From Nitrosopumilus sp. (GTDB lineage Archaea; Thermoproteota; Nitrososphaeria; Nitrososphaerales; Nitrosopumilaceae), in the NCBI GenBank assembly GCA_965197525.1, contig OZ240211.1:800001-864000 (forward strand): DNA of 64,000 nt, given 5' to 3'. The position numbers and the translations under genes are program-made. A model generated the notes under the pieces. The model saw only the letters and a list, made by a program, of their open reading frames with translations, searched no databases and was not told the DNA's origin. Position 1 is the first letter of the stretch. The number at the start of each line of letters is the position of its first letter. Positions 13,217 through 23,351 of the stretch are shown one piece after another.

Positions 13217-14436
13217 ACGAGTATACTAGTCAGATACATTACTGACATTCCAACTGCAAATCCTGACACTACTGAGATACTTGACAGGTTGTTAGAATTG
13301 CCGTTACCAGTAGCAGTAGCAGTAGCATCATCATCATCACCATCATCATAAATCCATTTCAATATTACCAAAATCACTTGAAAGATGGCACCTGCGCCAA
13401 CTGCAAGAAAGATTACAGATGTGAATGGGGAATAAGCAAACCCCCCTATCCAAGCACCAAAGATGGCAGGAGTTCCTGCAATTAACCCTAGGGCAATCAG
13501 TTTTTTTACCATTAGCCTGCCTTGAGACATCGGTGCTGCAATGGCAATCCCTTCAGTAGTATTGTGCAAGGCAAACCCTACAATCAGAAATGTACTAAAT
13601 GCAATAGAGCCTAGACCAACTGCAGCGCCAATAGCTAGACCTTCACCAAAATTGTGCAGTCCTATCCCAATTGATATCATCAATGCAACAGCAAAAGGTT
13701 TGGCAAGTTTTGCAGATACAGATCGCTTGACTAGTTGATTGCCAGTATAATACAGTCCAAGAAAAGAGAGGACAACAACTGTTGCAACAAGCAGAACACC
13801 ATTAAAACTAGGAGCAAGATTTTCGGCAGATACATCCAAGGACTCCTCTATAGAATCAATTGCTAAGAAGAGTAGCAGGCCTGCAGTCAAAGCCAGAAAA
13901 AAATGATATTTTTTCTTGCTGATTCTTTTTATGAACGGGAGCCACAATAAACCAATCATCACAGGAATTACTCCAACATACGTTCCAATTACAGCAAAGA
14001 ATACTGCCAAGTCCAAAGTTAAATCAAGAGCTGGTGCTGCTGCATCGACTGCCTTTTCAAAACGAGTGCCATCATCAACTGTAATTCCAATGGTATATGG
14101 TTCTGCAACGTTCCATTCAAAAGGAATTCTAACTAGCGCAGTCTCAAACCGTTCCAAGTATGTGTCAGGTTCTACAGCAGCCGGTTGAATTCGATCATTT
14201 ACATCAGCAACAGCTATATCAACGGGGATATGACCGGTATTTCTCACGGTAGCTTGAATTTCAGAATCGATAAAATCGATCTTTTCAATAGTGATTTCAG
14301 GCAGCATAACTCCTAAATCTAATAAAGTAGCACCAGGACCAAAGATGTACAACATCAAAATAATTAAAAATGCGAATGGAATTAGCCCACTTGCAACAAG
14401 CTTCAATTTAGATGAATGATCATTGATCTTCAACAT
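13213..14436 (-). CDS. ZIP (GufA-like) divalent metal transporter with an N-terminal extracellular domain
   Basis: GIGLHNFGEGLAIG and GFALHNTTEG ZIP signatures. Confidence 0.9.
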   Translation of the reverse strand: MLKINDHSSKLKLVASGLIPFAFLIILMLYIFGPGATLLDLGVMLPEITIEKIDFIDSEIQATVRNTGHIPVDIAVADVNDRIQPAAVEPDTYLERFETALVRIPFEWNVAEPYTIGITVDDGTRFEKAVDAAAPALDLTLDLAVFFAVIGTYVGVIPVMIGLLWLPFIKRISKKKYHFFLALTAGLLLFLAIDSIEESLDVSAENLAPSFNGVLLVATVVVLSFLGLYYTGNQLVKRSVSAKLAKPFAVALMISIGIGLHNFGEGLAIGAAVGLGSIAFSTFLIVGFALHNTTEGIAIAAPMSQGRLMVKKLIALGLIAGTPAIFGAWIGGFAYSPFTSVIFLAVGAGAIFQVILVILKWIYDDGDDDDATATATGNGNSNNLSSISVVSGFAVGMSVMYLTSILV

Positions 14437-15472
14437 ACATCTCTGGTGTAGTTATGTCATCTGTGTTATCACTTGCAATAAATAGACCGACCCAACCTTT
14501 CTCGGAGAACTCTACTTTGTGTGCATGAAAGAGGTATTTGCCAGGATAGTCATATGTGAATTCCATTATTCCTCTCTCAGTCTGCGACAGGGTTATCATA
14601 TCAGTGTAAAATGAGGGAATAAGATCAGTTCCTGTAGGATAATATGTGTACAAATTAGCATGAAGATGAAAGTTATTGATTAAATCAAACTCTACCATAT
14701 TGACAACATAGATTCGAATTAGTTTACCAGTATCAATTTGGATAGGGTGGTGTTGATAGTAAAATGGAATAGTATTTGCGGCATAAAAATTGTTTTCAGC
14801 ATCAAAATCAGTATCAAAACCATTTAAGACCATGACCATCTCATCGGCAGGAGGACGGCCTTCTTTAGGATCTACAATAAAGACACCGTATAATCCATGT
14901 ACAATATGCTCTTCAAGCGGCATCACGTGACAGTGGTAGGGATGAACCCCCATAGGATCCGCTTCAAATTCATAGATAAATTTCCCTCCAGGACCTACAG
15001 GCTCAAATACTCCATCCATCTCAGAAGGGTGAATTCCATGAAAATGCATAGTATGCGTTCGAGAGCCATTATTGATAAAATTAATTCGGACTATATCACC
15101 TTCAGTAGCTCGGATAGTAGGTCCTGGAACTGTTCCATTAAACGTCCAGACGTTATAGAAGACACCGGGTGAAACTTCCATTATTTTATCATCCTCAGCA
15201 ACAATGGTATACTCCCTAAGAGTAGTACCGTCAGGTAGTTGTGAGACGTGTCCGTAATGAAATTCACGTAGATACTCCATTGGATCAAATTCTACTGTAG
15301 ACACTGAATAGACGGGATCAATTACTTGACCAGTCGTCTTTATGACCGCACCTGAATGTGTCAGAAATGTGGTTGGTTCAGATTGAGCCTGAGTAAACGC
15401 AGGTAGCCCGACAAACAACCCAATGATAAGAGATGGAAACAAAACAATAAACACAAAATAAAATATCTTCAA
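14420..15472 (-). CDS. two-domain multicopper oxidase (T1 site in domain 1 only)
   Basis: HTMHFHG, YHCHVMPLEEHIVHGL, FHLHAN and FHAH copper motifs; no Cys in domain 2. Confidence 0.88.
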   Translation of the reverse strand: MKIFYFVFIVLFPSLIIGLFVGLPAFTQAQSEPTTFLTHSGAVIKTTGQVIDPVYSVSTVEFDPMEYLREFHYGHVSQLPDGTTLREYTIVAEDDKIMEVSPGVFYNVWTFNGTVPGPTIRATEGDIVRINFINNGSRTHTMHFHGIHPSEMDGVFEPVGPGGKFIYEFEADPMGVHPYHCHVMPLEEHIVHGLYGVFIVDPKEGRPPADEMVMVLNGFDTDFDAENNFYAANTIPFYYQHHPIQIDTGKLIRIYVVNMVEFDLINNFHLHANLYTYYPTGTDLIPSFYTDMITLSQTERGIMEFTYDYPGKYLFHAHKVEFSEKGWVGLFIASDNTDDITTPEMYVEDQ

Positions 15473-15502
15473 GACACAGAAAAGGACGTCGACAAATATT
15501 TA

Positions 15503-15538
15503 AAGTTAACTTGAGCTAACTTTTTTAGCCTAGGATAA
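15503..15538. promoter_or_regulatory. two imperfect palindromes just upstream of the TATA box of the MCO-ZIP operon (candidate metalloregulator operator)
   Basis: aagttaacttgagctaactt (15503-15522) and ttagcctaggataa (15525-15538), adjacent to minus-strand tttaaata about 25 nt before the TTG start. Confidence 0.4.
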
Positions 15539-15941
15539 GTTTTTGAAATAGACGTATAGATTGAGACACTGATACAAAAGTTAAGATTTCAACTTTGACC
15601 AGATACTTAGTCATATGGATATAGAATTTTTTGGCATGATAACTTTCAAAAGAATTGTTTGATATTTGAATTTAGATATTTTTAACAACCGGCTAGTAAT
15701 CATAGTAATAACTTTGAGATATACAAAATATCTAAAGGTAATACAAGTAGATACAATGTGTAATCATAAAAGATGGCATCAAAATTTGTAACAGCATATA
15801 TCAATGTGGATTTGTGTACATGCTGAGAGATTACGCGTTTGATCATTAGTGCTAGAAAAGATAGCTTACAAATAAAATAAAATAAAAGGAAATAAAATAT
15901 TAAAAAAATAGGTTTAAACTAAAGAAAGAAAATGATAATGT

Positions 15942-16454
15942 GTGCATAAATCGGGATTAATTATTATAATTTTGGGATTATTGATTGTGACAGGACTAGT
16001 AGTGTCTGTGGTAGGAGATAGAATTACGTTAGAAGGAATATCTCAAGGTAACGGACAAGTAGATGAAATACAGACAGTTACAATTACATCCGAGTTAGAT
16101 AGAGACAAGACATCCAAAGGAGTTTTTGCAGTTCAGGCAATGGAGTTTAAAGAAGACACATTATCTGCAATAGTATTAGGCCCTTCAAATACCGAGATAA
16201 TATCAGAAAGACTAGACACAGATACAATAGAAAGTGAGTTTGATGTGCTAGAGACTGGAACCTATCAGTTAATAATTCAAAGTTCAGACGATGAAGAAGT
16301 ATATGTAGCAGGTGCAATAGGACCATTGCCTGATGCGACAAAAAAATTAATCACATCAATCATATCATCAGGTTGTATTATTAGCGGCATGATAGGCCTA
16401 GTAGTAATTGGGATACTAGGAATTAAAAATAAAAAAAGAGATCAGTTAAGATAA
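15942..16454 (+). CDS. hypothetical membrane protein
   Basis: N- and C-terminal TM helices around a soluble domain. Confidence 0.7.
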   Translation: MHKSGLIIIILGLLIVTGLVVSVVGDRITLEGISQGNGQVDEIQTVTITSELDRDKTSKGVFAVQAMEFKEDTLSAIVLGPSNTEIISERLDTDTIESEFDVLETGTYQLIIQSSDDEEVYVAGAIGPLPDATKKLITSIISSGCIISGMIGLVVIGILGIKNKKRDQLR

Positions 16455-16753
16455 CTGTCCATTTTCTCTAGACCGCTAATAGTTGCATCAAAATTGCCAC
16501 TGTCTGCAACTACACTCTCAAGCTTATCAAAGTTGGCAGTAAGAAAACACCCGGTATCATCTGCAGTCTTGAAGACAAATCCATGTTGAATCAGATATGA
16601 GAGTCTCTGAAGAACGTCAGATTCGGGCAAGGAAGACTGTCGGGCCAAAAACGAGCATTCTTTTTTACCATCTTCTAGCGCTTCTAAGATCATGGATGTG
16701 GTGGGATCAAACATACAATCTACAACTTTATCTCTATCAAAGGTATCATCCAT
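16442..16753 (-). CDS. small wHTH-like protein
   Basis: FDPTTSMILEALEDGKKECSFLA...DVLQRLSYLIQHGFV resembles an ArsR-type wHTH. Confidence 0.65.
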   Translation of the reverse strand: MDDTFDRDKVVDCMFDPTTSMILEALEDGKKECSFLARQSSLPESDVLQRLSYLIQHGFVFKTADDTGCFLTANFDKLESVVADSGNFDATISGLEKMDSYLN

Positions 16754-16999
16754 TGATTTAGCAATAAATTTAGAGCATTATAACTTTTTGAATGCGATGA
16801 TTTCATTACAATTTTAATAGCAGTTCTAAGATCAGCATGATTAGACAAAAATGATCAAATTGACTCTGTTACCATTTGGAATCAATTCATCGTATCACCT
16901 TGTTGTTTTTAGCTCCAGATAACCCGACAGAACCATAAAATTCACATCCCCATAACGTTACAGAACCGTATATCCAATAAGGTAATTAATGAAAAAGAG

Positions 17000-18287
17000 G
17001 GTTCTGTGAAGTTATCGAGGGTTATCTGTTAATCCCTAAATTGTATAAACCTCTAAACCGTAAGATATTCGTTGAAAGCGATAAAGTCATTATCACAGAA
17101 ATATACGCCGAACTCTGATCTAATGGATATGATGGCTATATTCACAAAGATGGTCAATCATTGCATCAAGACAGGGTTGAAAGAAGACACTCACAATATG
17201 AAGAGGTTGTCCATGTTATGTTATCATGAATTACGTAATTATGACATCCTGTCTTCATACAAACTAAATGCAATATCACGAGCTGCAGGCATGTTATCAA
17301 ACAGAAAACAGTCAATCAAACGAGGTGTCAGAATAAGAGACCCAATAGTCAAAAATCCCTTTATGACAAACTGTTACGGCATAAAACACAACGGTGCACT
17401 ATTAACAATCCCATACAAGAAACATAACCCAATCAACATTTTACTCAACGATCACACCCAAAAAATCCTATCTGATCCCGCCTTGACGGTGCGCTCGTTT
17501 TCATTGACTGCTCTGAACATCAGTCTTTGTGTTTCAAAAACAGTACAAGAGATAGAGTGCACCAAGAAAATGGGAATAGACAGAAACCTAAGAAATGTGA
17601 CGTGTGGGAACGAGAAAGAGGTGACAGTCTACAAGACAAACAAACTGTTATCCATAAAGGAGAACACAATACACGCTAGGGCAGGATTCCACAGAAATGA
17701 TCGCAGAAAGAAAGGGCAATTCTGGAAACAAAGACAGAGACGAATGAGCAATAGAACAAAGCGGTACATCCACAGAATCTCAAAGGATATGGTATACAAC
17801 GCAGTCAAAAACAAGACTGCAATCGTCATGGAAAACCTGAAAGGAATAAGAAAATTGTACCGAAAAGGAAACAGTCAAGGTAACAAGTACAGGCGTAGAT
17901 TGAACGGGTGGCAATTCTACGAGTTACAACGCCAAATAGAATACAAAGCCCAATGGGTCGGGTTGCCTCCAGTCGAGACAGTAGACCCAAGAAACACGAG
18001 CACGCAGTGTCCGAAATGCGGAAAGAGACTCCAAGAGGACATGCAACAACATCGTAAAATGTCGTGTAATAATTGCGGTTTGTTTATGGACAGGGATATT
18101 ATCGCTGCCATGAACATATCACGCAAGCTGCCCCCTAGGTTTAGGGGTAGTAGAGATGACATAGATGAAGCGCAGTCCGGCACTTTTGAGCAGGCGATGA
18201 CGGAACCCGGCACACCATTGGTAATCCGAATAGTCGATATGTCAAAGTCAAGTTATAGGGGTTAACCCTCGATAACTTCACAGAACC
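17000..18287 (+). mobile_element. TIR-bounded tnpB element, copy B (1288 bp, complete)
   Basis: Perfect 25-bp TIR ggttctgtgaagttatcgagggtta (17000-17024 / 18263-18287); 8-bp TSD aaaaagag (16992-16999 / 18288-18295). Confidence 0.95.
17072..18265 (+). CDS. tnpB: RNA-guided endonuclease TnpB
   Basis: Intact RuvC D/E/D motifs and Zn finger; differs from copy A at only a few residues. Confidence 0.93.
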   Translation: MKAIKSLSQKYTPNSDLMDMMAIFTKMVNHCIKTGLKEDTHNMKRLSMLCYHELRNYDILSSYKLNAISRAAGMLSNRKQSIKRGVRIRDPIVKNPFMTNCYGIKHNGALLTIPYKKHNPINILLNDHTQKILSDPALTVRSFSLTALNISLCVSKTVQEIECTKKMGIDRNLRNVTCGNEKEVTVYKTNKLLSIKENTIHARAGFHRNDRRKKGQFWKQRQRRMSNRTKRYIHRISKDMVYNAVKNKTAIVMENLKGIRKLYRKGNSQGNKYRRRLNGWQFYELQRQIEYKAQWVGLPPVETVDPRNTSTQCPKCGKRLQEDMQQHRKMSCNNCGLFMDRDIIAAMNISRKLPPRFRGSRDDIDEAQSGTFEQAMTEPGTPLVIRIVDMSKSSYRG

Positions 18288-18615
18288 AAAAAGAGACATC
18301 ATAAACATGCAAAGATTGTGTAGGTATGATCCAACTGGCAAAGGAACGCATTGTTTTTGTATAGATATTGACGCACAAAAAGGAATCAAAAAATGCTGTA
18401 AATGCAATCAATGGAACGTTCAGGGGAATGACTGGACTAGTAATGAAGATTTTAGATAAGTAAATGCACGAGATCACAGGAATGGAATAATCACGAACTA
18501 ATTCTCTGAATTGATACTAGGAGCTTTGTTTATGACATGTACGTATAACCGATAGGAGTACTGAAAACCCTCTCTTCATTCTATCTAATGGTTTTTATCA
18601 GGGATTCTTTGAATT

Positions 18616-19113
18616 TTGGATTACTTGAGTACGCAGGAATATAGACATATAGTTAGAATTGTGGGAAATGATATCCCAGGAGAGAAGAAGGCGTTAATTG
18701 GACTGACTCAGATAAAAGGCATAGGATACAATTTTGCTACTGCAATTCTTGATACTATTAATATTAATACAAACTCCAATATCGGTAACTTGACAGATGA
18801 GAATGTGCAGGCAATTGAAAAATTAATCACAGATCCGTTAAGCGGAAATTTCCCATCTTGGTTTCTCAATAGAAGAAAAGATATTGAGACAGGGGCAGAT
18901 CTGCACCTATTGACGTCAGATATTCCATTCACATTAAGAAATGATATAGAACGAGAGAGAATAACTGCAAGTTGGAGAGGTTACAGACACATGAGCGGTC
19001 TAAAAGTCAGAGGTCAACGAACTAGAACTTCAGGCAGAAGAGGCGGAGCAGTAGGAGTCGCAAAGGGTGGACTGGTAGCGCCAGATAAGAAAAGCAGTAG
19101 CACAGGAGCATAG
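18616..19113 (+). CDS. rps13: 30S ribosomal protein S13
   Basis: [14 protein letters not shown]...[14 protein letters not shown]; start may be the TTG at 18625. Confidence 0.95.
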   Translation: MDYLSTQEYRHIVRIVGNDIPGEKKALIGLTQIKGIGYNFATAILDTININTNSNIGNLTDENVQAIEKLITDPLSGNFPSWFLNRRKDIETGADLHLLTSDIPFTLRNDIERERITASWRGYRHMSGLKVRGQRTRTSGRRGGAVGVAKGGLVAPDKKSSSTGA

Positions 19114-19125
19114 TAGGTGTTACAG

Positions 19126-19752
19126 ATGGGCGATCCAAAATATCCACGTAAAGTATGGAGAAAACCAAAGAGGCCTCTTAATTACGAATTAAAGATGGAG
19201 GAGTTAAAGACGTTAGGTACGTTTGGATTAAGGACAAAGAGGGAGCTATGGAAAGCACATACACATTTATCACAGGTAAGGCATCAAGCAAGATCGCTAC
19301 TTGCATTAGGACAGGAAGTCAGAGCAGAGAAAGAACCAATCTTGATGAGATCGCTTGCAAAGATTGGTTTGGTAAGTAACGATGCAACACTTGATGACGT
19401 ACTAAACTTGAATGTAAACGATGTACTTGGACGCAGGTTACAGACTTTAGTTACTAAAAAATTAGGATTCAAGACACCCTACCAAGCAAGACAAGCAGTA
19501 ATTCACGGTCATATTATGATAGGGGACAGAAAAGTAGACATTCCATCATATATTGTCACAGTAGAAGAAGAGCCAAATATTCATTTCACGCCAGAATCAA
19601 CGATTCCGGATAGTTTGGATGACAGTAAATCAAAAGAGCCCAAAACTCTCGTAGATGATGATACTGCTGATAATGATATTGCTGATAATGATACTGATGC
19701 TAAAGTAAAAGCAGAAACAAAGACAGACGAGTCCAAAAAGACAGACGAGTAG
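19126..19752 (+). CDS. rps4: 30S ribosomal protein S4
   Basis: MGDPKYPRKVW...RRLQT...ARQAVIHGHI; acidic C-terminal tail. Confidence 0.95.
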   Translation: MGDPKYPRKVWRKPKRPLNYELKMEELKTLGTFGLRTKRELWKAHTHLSQVRHQARSLLALGQEVRAEKEPILMRSLAKIGLVSNDATLDDVLNLNVNDVLGRRLQTLVTKKLGFKTPYQARQAVIHGHIMIGDRKVDIPSYIVTVEEEPNIHFTPESTIPDSLDDSKSKEPKTLVDDDTADNDIADNDTDAKVKAETKTDESKKTDE

Positions 19753-19868
19753 ACTCATAGAATAAGTTTACATTCCCTAGTGCGTACGCACGTATGATAT
19801 CAAATTACTGGGCATGAGAAAATAGAGATATGCTTACAGTAAATAACCCCAAATAATCAATAATCGTA

Positions 19869-21677
19869 ATGTGTTCAATTATTGGATACTCTGGGGATAC
19901 GACTGCTGCGCAAGTAATCGTAAAGGGCCTAAAGAGAATGGAATACAGAGGATATGACAGTGTAGGAGTTGCAACTGAATCAGAATACAAGATCAAACTA
20001 AGAAAGGGCACCGGTAAGGTAGATGAGGTAAATGCACAGATGCATCTAGATGCACTGCCAGGCAAAGTAGGGATAGGGCATACCCGATGGGCAACTCATG
20101 GAACAGTTACAAATTTTAACGCACACCCACACAAGAGCAACTCTGGTAGTATTGCAATTGTGCATAATGGGATAGTAGATAATTTCGAAGAAACAAAAAA
20201 ACGGCTGCAAGAGGATGGGTATAGTTTCAAGAGTGATACAGACAGCGAGGTAATTGCAAACATAATACAAAAGCATTATGAGAAAACAAACAACATAAAA
20301 GAGACAATGATAAAAACAGTTTCAGAAATTAAAGGACATTACGCATTTGTTGCAATATTTGAGAATGGAGAGCTTGCAGCAGCAAGACTACACGAGCCGT
20401 TAATTGTCGGGGTAGGAAAAGACGAACATTTTTTGTCAAGTGACGTATTAGGTTTCATAGAACATACAGATGATGCAATTTACATGGAGAATGGAACTTT
20501 TGTAATTTTAGATAAAGATAATTTTCAGATTTTAGATTTTGATGGAAAGGATGTAAAATACGAGATAACAAAAATTTCAAAAGAGTTCGGAGATGCGTCA
20601 AAGGGAAAGTATGCGCATTTTACACTAAAAGAGATCTATGAACAACATGAGACAATACTCAGAGCAGGAGGAGGTAATGACGAGGACGGTAAAGAAACAA
20701 GGGATAAAACACAAGATGTCATTAGAAGAGCTTCGGCATACATAAAAGATGCAAAGAACACCTATGTGACAGGCAGTGGAACAAGTTATAATTCAGCACT
20801 AATTGCAAAACAAATTCTATCAAACTATGCCAAGATAAAAATCGAACCAATAATAGCAAGCGAGCTTCAATTTTCAGCAGATTCTATAGATACAAATTCT
20901 ACAGTAATTGCAATATCACAGAGTGGAGAGAGTGCAGATGTGCTTGAGGCAGTTAAAATTGCAAAACAAGCAAATTGCAAAGTTATAGCCATAGTTAACC
21001 AATCAACATCATCACTTGCCAATCAGGCAGATCTAGTCATAGATATGAATTGCGGCCCAGAGATAGGAGTTGCTGCAACAAAGAGCTTTACAGCACAGCT
21101 TGTAATAATATACAAGATTGCACAAGTGTTAACTGACAATGACATAAGCATTAACTGGAATGAGATCTCAAGACTGGTCTCAAAAGTACTGCATAATTCT
21201 GCAAATATTAAAGGGATTGCAAAAGAGCTAAAGAACATATCAGATATCTACGTTCTAGGAAGAGGAATAAACTACCCAATTGCAATTGAGGCTGCCCTGA
21301 AATTAAAAGAACTTACGTATATACATGCAGAAGGAATACCTGGAGGAGAATTAAAACATGGACCACTTGCTTTGATGGACTCGAACGTATTTGTGATAAC
21401 AATTAACCCAGATGATTCGACATACTCAGACATGCTAACGAGTGCAAGAGAGATAAAGGCACGAGGGGCCAAAATTATTGGAGTCTCAGATATCCCAAGC
21501 GATGTATATGATTTCTGGATAGAGATCCCCGTTTCAGGCAAAAAAGAGACAGATGTGGCAGCATATCCAATATCTGAGATTATTCTAATACAGTTACTAT
21601 CGTATTATGCAGCTATCGAAAAGGATACAGACCCTGATTATCCAAGAAACCTAGCAAAATCAGTTACAGTGAAGTAA
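19869..21677 (+). CDS. glmS: glutamine-fructose-6-phosphate transaminase (isomerizing)
   Basis: N-terminal Cys, EYRGYDS, GHTRWATHG, SQSGES and RNLAKSVTV. Confidence 0.96.
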   Translation: MCSIIGYSGDTTAAQVIVKGLKRMEYRGYDSVGVATESEYKIKLRKGTGKVDEVNAQMHLDALPGKVGIGHTRWATHGTVTNFNAHPHKSNSGSIAIVHNGIVDNFEETKKRLQEDGYSFKSDTDSEVIANIIQKHYEKTNNIKETMIKTVSEIKGHYAFVAIFENGELAAARLHEPLIVGVGKDEHFLSSDVLGFIEHTDDAIYMENGTFVILDKDNFQILDFDGKDVKYEITKISKEFGDASKGKYAHFTLKEIYEQHETILRAGGGNDEDGKETRDKTQDVIRRASAYIKDAKNTYVTGSGTSYNSALIAKQILSNYAKIKIEPIIASELQFSADSIDTNSTVIAISQSGESADVLEAVKIAKQANCKVIAIVNQSTSSLANQADLVIDMNCGPEIGVAATKSFTAQLVIIYKIAQVLTDNDISINWNEISRLVSKVLHNSANIKGIAKELKNISDIYVLGRGINYPIAIEAALKLKELTYIHAEGIPGGELKHGPLALMDSNVFVITINPDDSTYSDMLTSAREIKARGAKIIGVSDIPSDVYDFWIEIPVSGKKETDVAAYPISEIILIQLLSYYAAIEKDTDPDYPRNLAKSVTVK

Positions 21678-22737
21678 ATAGCCTATGATATTCACTCTCT
21701 GCTAGACTCAAAAATTTTTCGGGAGTATTGCCTGTCTTGAGCATTGATGATATGATACTTCCACCTGCACCAACACCTTCTTTTGCAAACCCCTCAGAGA
21801 AAGCCCGAAGTCCAGAATATTGTGAATTATCTAACCCCGGATTGACAGAGATCACTGGAATATCAGCAATTTTAGGTATAAGGCTCGTAAAGTTTGCATT
21901 AGCGTCATGTGCGATATAAGATGTGGTTCCAATAGCAGTATTGTCCTCGTTAAATCCAATCTTCGATGCAAATGCCAGTACTGCTGCCATCTGCGTTCCG
22001 CCTGCAAGCATAACAGATGACATGTACGATGCAGAGCTTAGCATCCCTGCAACAAAGGCGATCATAGGATCGCCTACTTTGGCAACTATGGAATAGGGAT
22101 GATCAGAGTCAAGTCTGTCTAGTGCGTTACGCGTAATTTGATTCTTTAGTTTAACCGGATTCTCAGGCATGCTAGAACTGACCTGGGCATCATAACCCAA
22201 GGCTTTGAGTACGGCAAGAGCAGTAGTTGTCCCGCCAGGAATACTCTCACCAATGACAAGACAGTCAGTAAGTGAGGCAAGATTTCTTCCAACGATTCTG
22301 CCATATTCTACTGCGTGTGATATTTGAGAGTCGGTCATAGCATCCTGAGTTGCTATATTCTTGCCATATGACAGACCAGTCTCAATGAATGGAAGTTTAG
22401 GGGCAATCTTACTTCCTGCATTAATGGCTAGGTGCGATATGCTAGCAGATTCAAGTGCAGTCTTGGTAAGTAATCCCGGTGTCGGATTACCATCAGGAGT
22501 CATTGGTATCTTGTTGATAGTTTTACAATAGCCGTAATGCAGGTATTCGGCATCAGCAGGGGGAGTGAACTGGATTGTATCAGGAGTTGCGCCTGCAATA
22601 GTAATTCCAGGAATCTCACAGGTTTCAGTGTATGAGAGTACAAAGGAAAAGAGAAACCTTTTTGATTTGACAGCCTCAAGAAAGTTTTGTGCCTGTGTCG
22701 TATTTCCAAATAGCTCAAAGTTGTCCATAGGAATCAC
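21664..22737 (-). CDS. cobT: archaeal nicotinate-nucleotide-dimethylbenzimidazole phosphoribosyltransferase
   Basis: GESIPGGTTTA, LAGGTQMAAV and KEGVGAGG motifs. Confidence 0.85.
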   Translation of the reverse strand: MIPMDNFELFGNTTQAQNFLEAVKSKRFLFSFVLSYTETCEIPGITIAGATPDTIQFTPPADAEYLHYGYCKTINKIPMTPDGNPTPGLLTKTALESASISHLAINAGSKIAPKLPFIETGLSYGKNIATQDAMTDSQISHAVEYGRIVGRNLASLTDCLVIGESIPGGTTTALAVLKALGYDAQVSSSMPENPVKLKNQITRNALDRLDSDHPYSIVAKVGDPMIAFVAGMLSSASYMSSVMLAGGTQMAAVLAFASKIGFNEDNTAIGTTSYIAHDANANFTSLIPKIADIPVISVNPGLDNSQYSGLRAFSEGFAKEGVGAGGSIISSMLKTGNTPEKFLSLAESEYHRLFTSL

Positions 22738-23351
22738 TATGGACCGCCCATCATATCAATAAACTGTTGTTCAGTGCGTCTTTGCATCACATGATTGGTT
22801 AGTTTTTCTTCTCCAAGTGTAGAAGTCTCAGTACTGCCATAGTTATGTCCAGAATACATTACCAAATCTTCATCTAAAGAGTACAAGACATCAAAGATAC
22901 TATGATAAAGATCTTTTGAGCTGCCGCCAGGTAAATCAACCCGACCACAATTTCCAACAAACAGAGTGTCACCTGAAAAAAATTTTCCATCACCTACAAG
23001 ACATATGCTGTCTTGAGAATGGCCTGGCGTATGTAAAACTTGGAGCTGTGAATTACCAAACTCTATAAAATCCCCATCCTTTACTGCAATATCATGGGAT
23101 AACTCTGAGGATTCATGTTGAACCACGAGAGCTCCTGTAGATTTTACCATAGCTTCATTGCCCAAAGTATGATCAAAATGATGATGTGTGTTTACAATGT
23201 ACTTGATCTCAAGATTGTTTCTTTTTATGATCATCTCCAATTCTATCAGATCCCAAGAAGGATCAATTATTATTGCATTATGGGTATCGTCATCTTCAAC
23301 AATATAACAAAAGTTTTGCATACCTCCAACTTGAATTTGATGTACCAGCAT
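22737..23351 (-). CDS. MBL-fold metallo-hydrolase (glyoxalase II-like)
   Basis: THHHFDH, HTPGHS and FSGDTLF. Confidence 0.9.
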   Translation of the reverse strand: MLVHQIQVGGMQNFCYIVEDDDTHNAIIIDPSWDLIELEMIIKRNNLEIKYIVNTHHHFDHTLGNEAMVKSTGALVVQHESSELSHDIAVKDGDFIEFGNSQLQVLHTPGHSQDSICLVGDGKFFSGDTLFVGNCGRVDLPGGSSKDLYHSIFDVLYSLDEDLVMYSGHNYGSTETSTLGEEKLTNHVMQRRTEQQFIDMMGGP

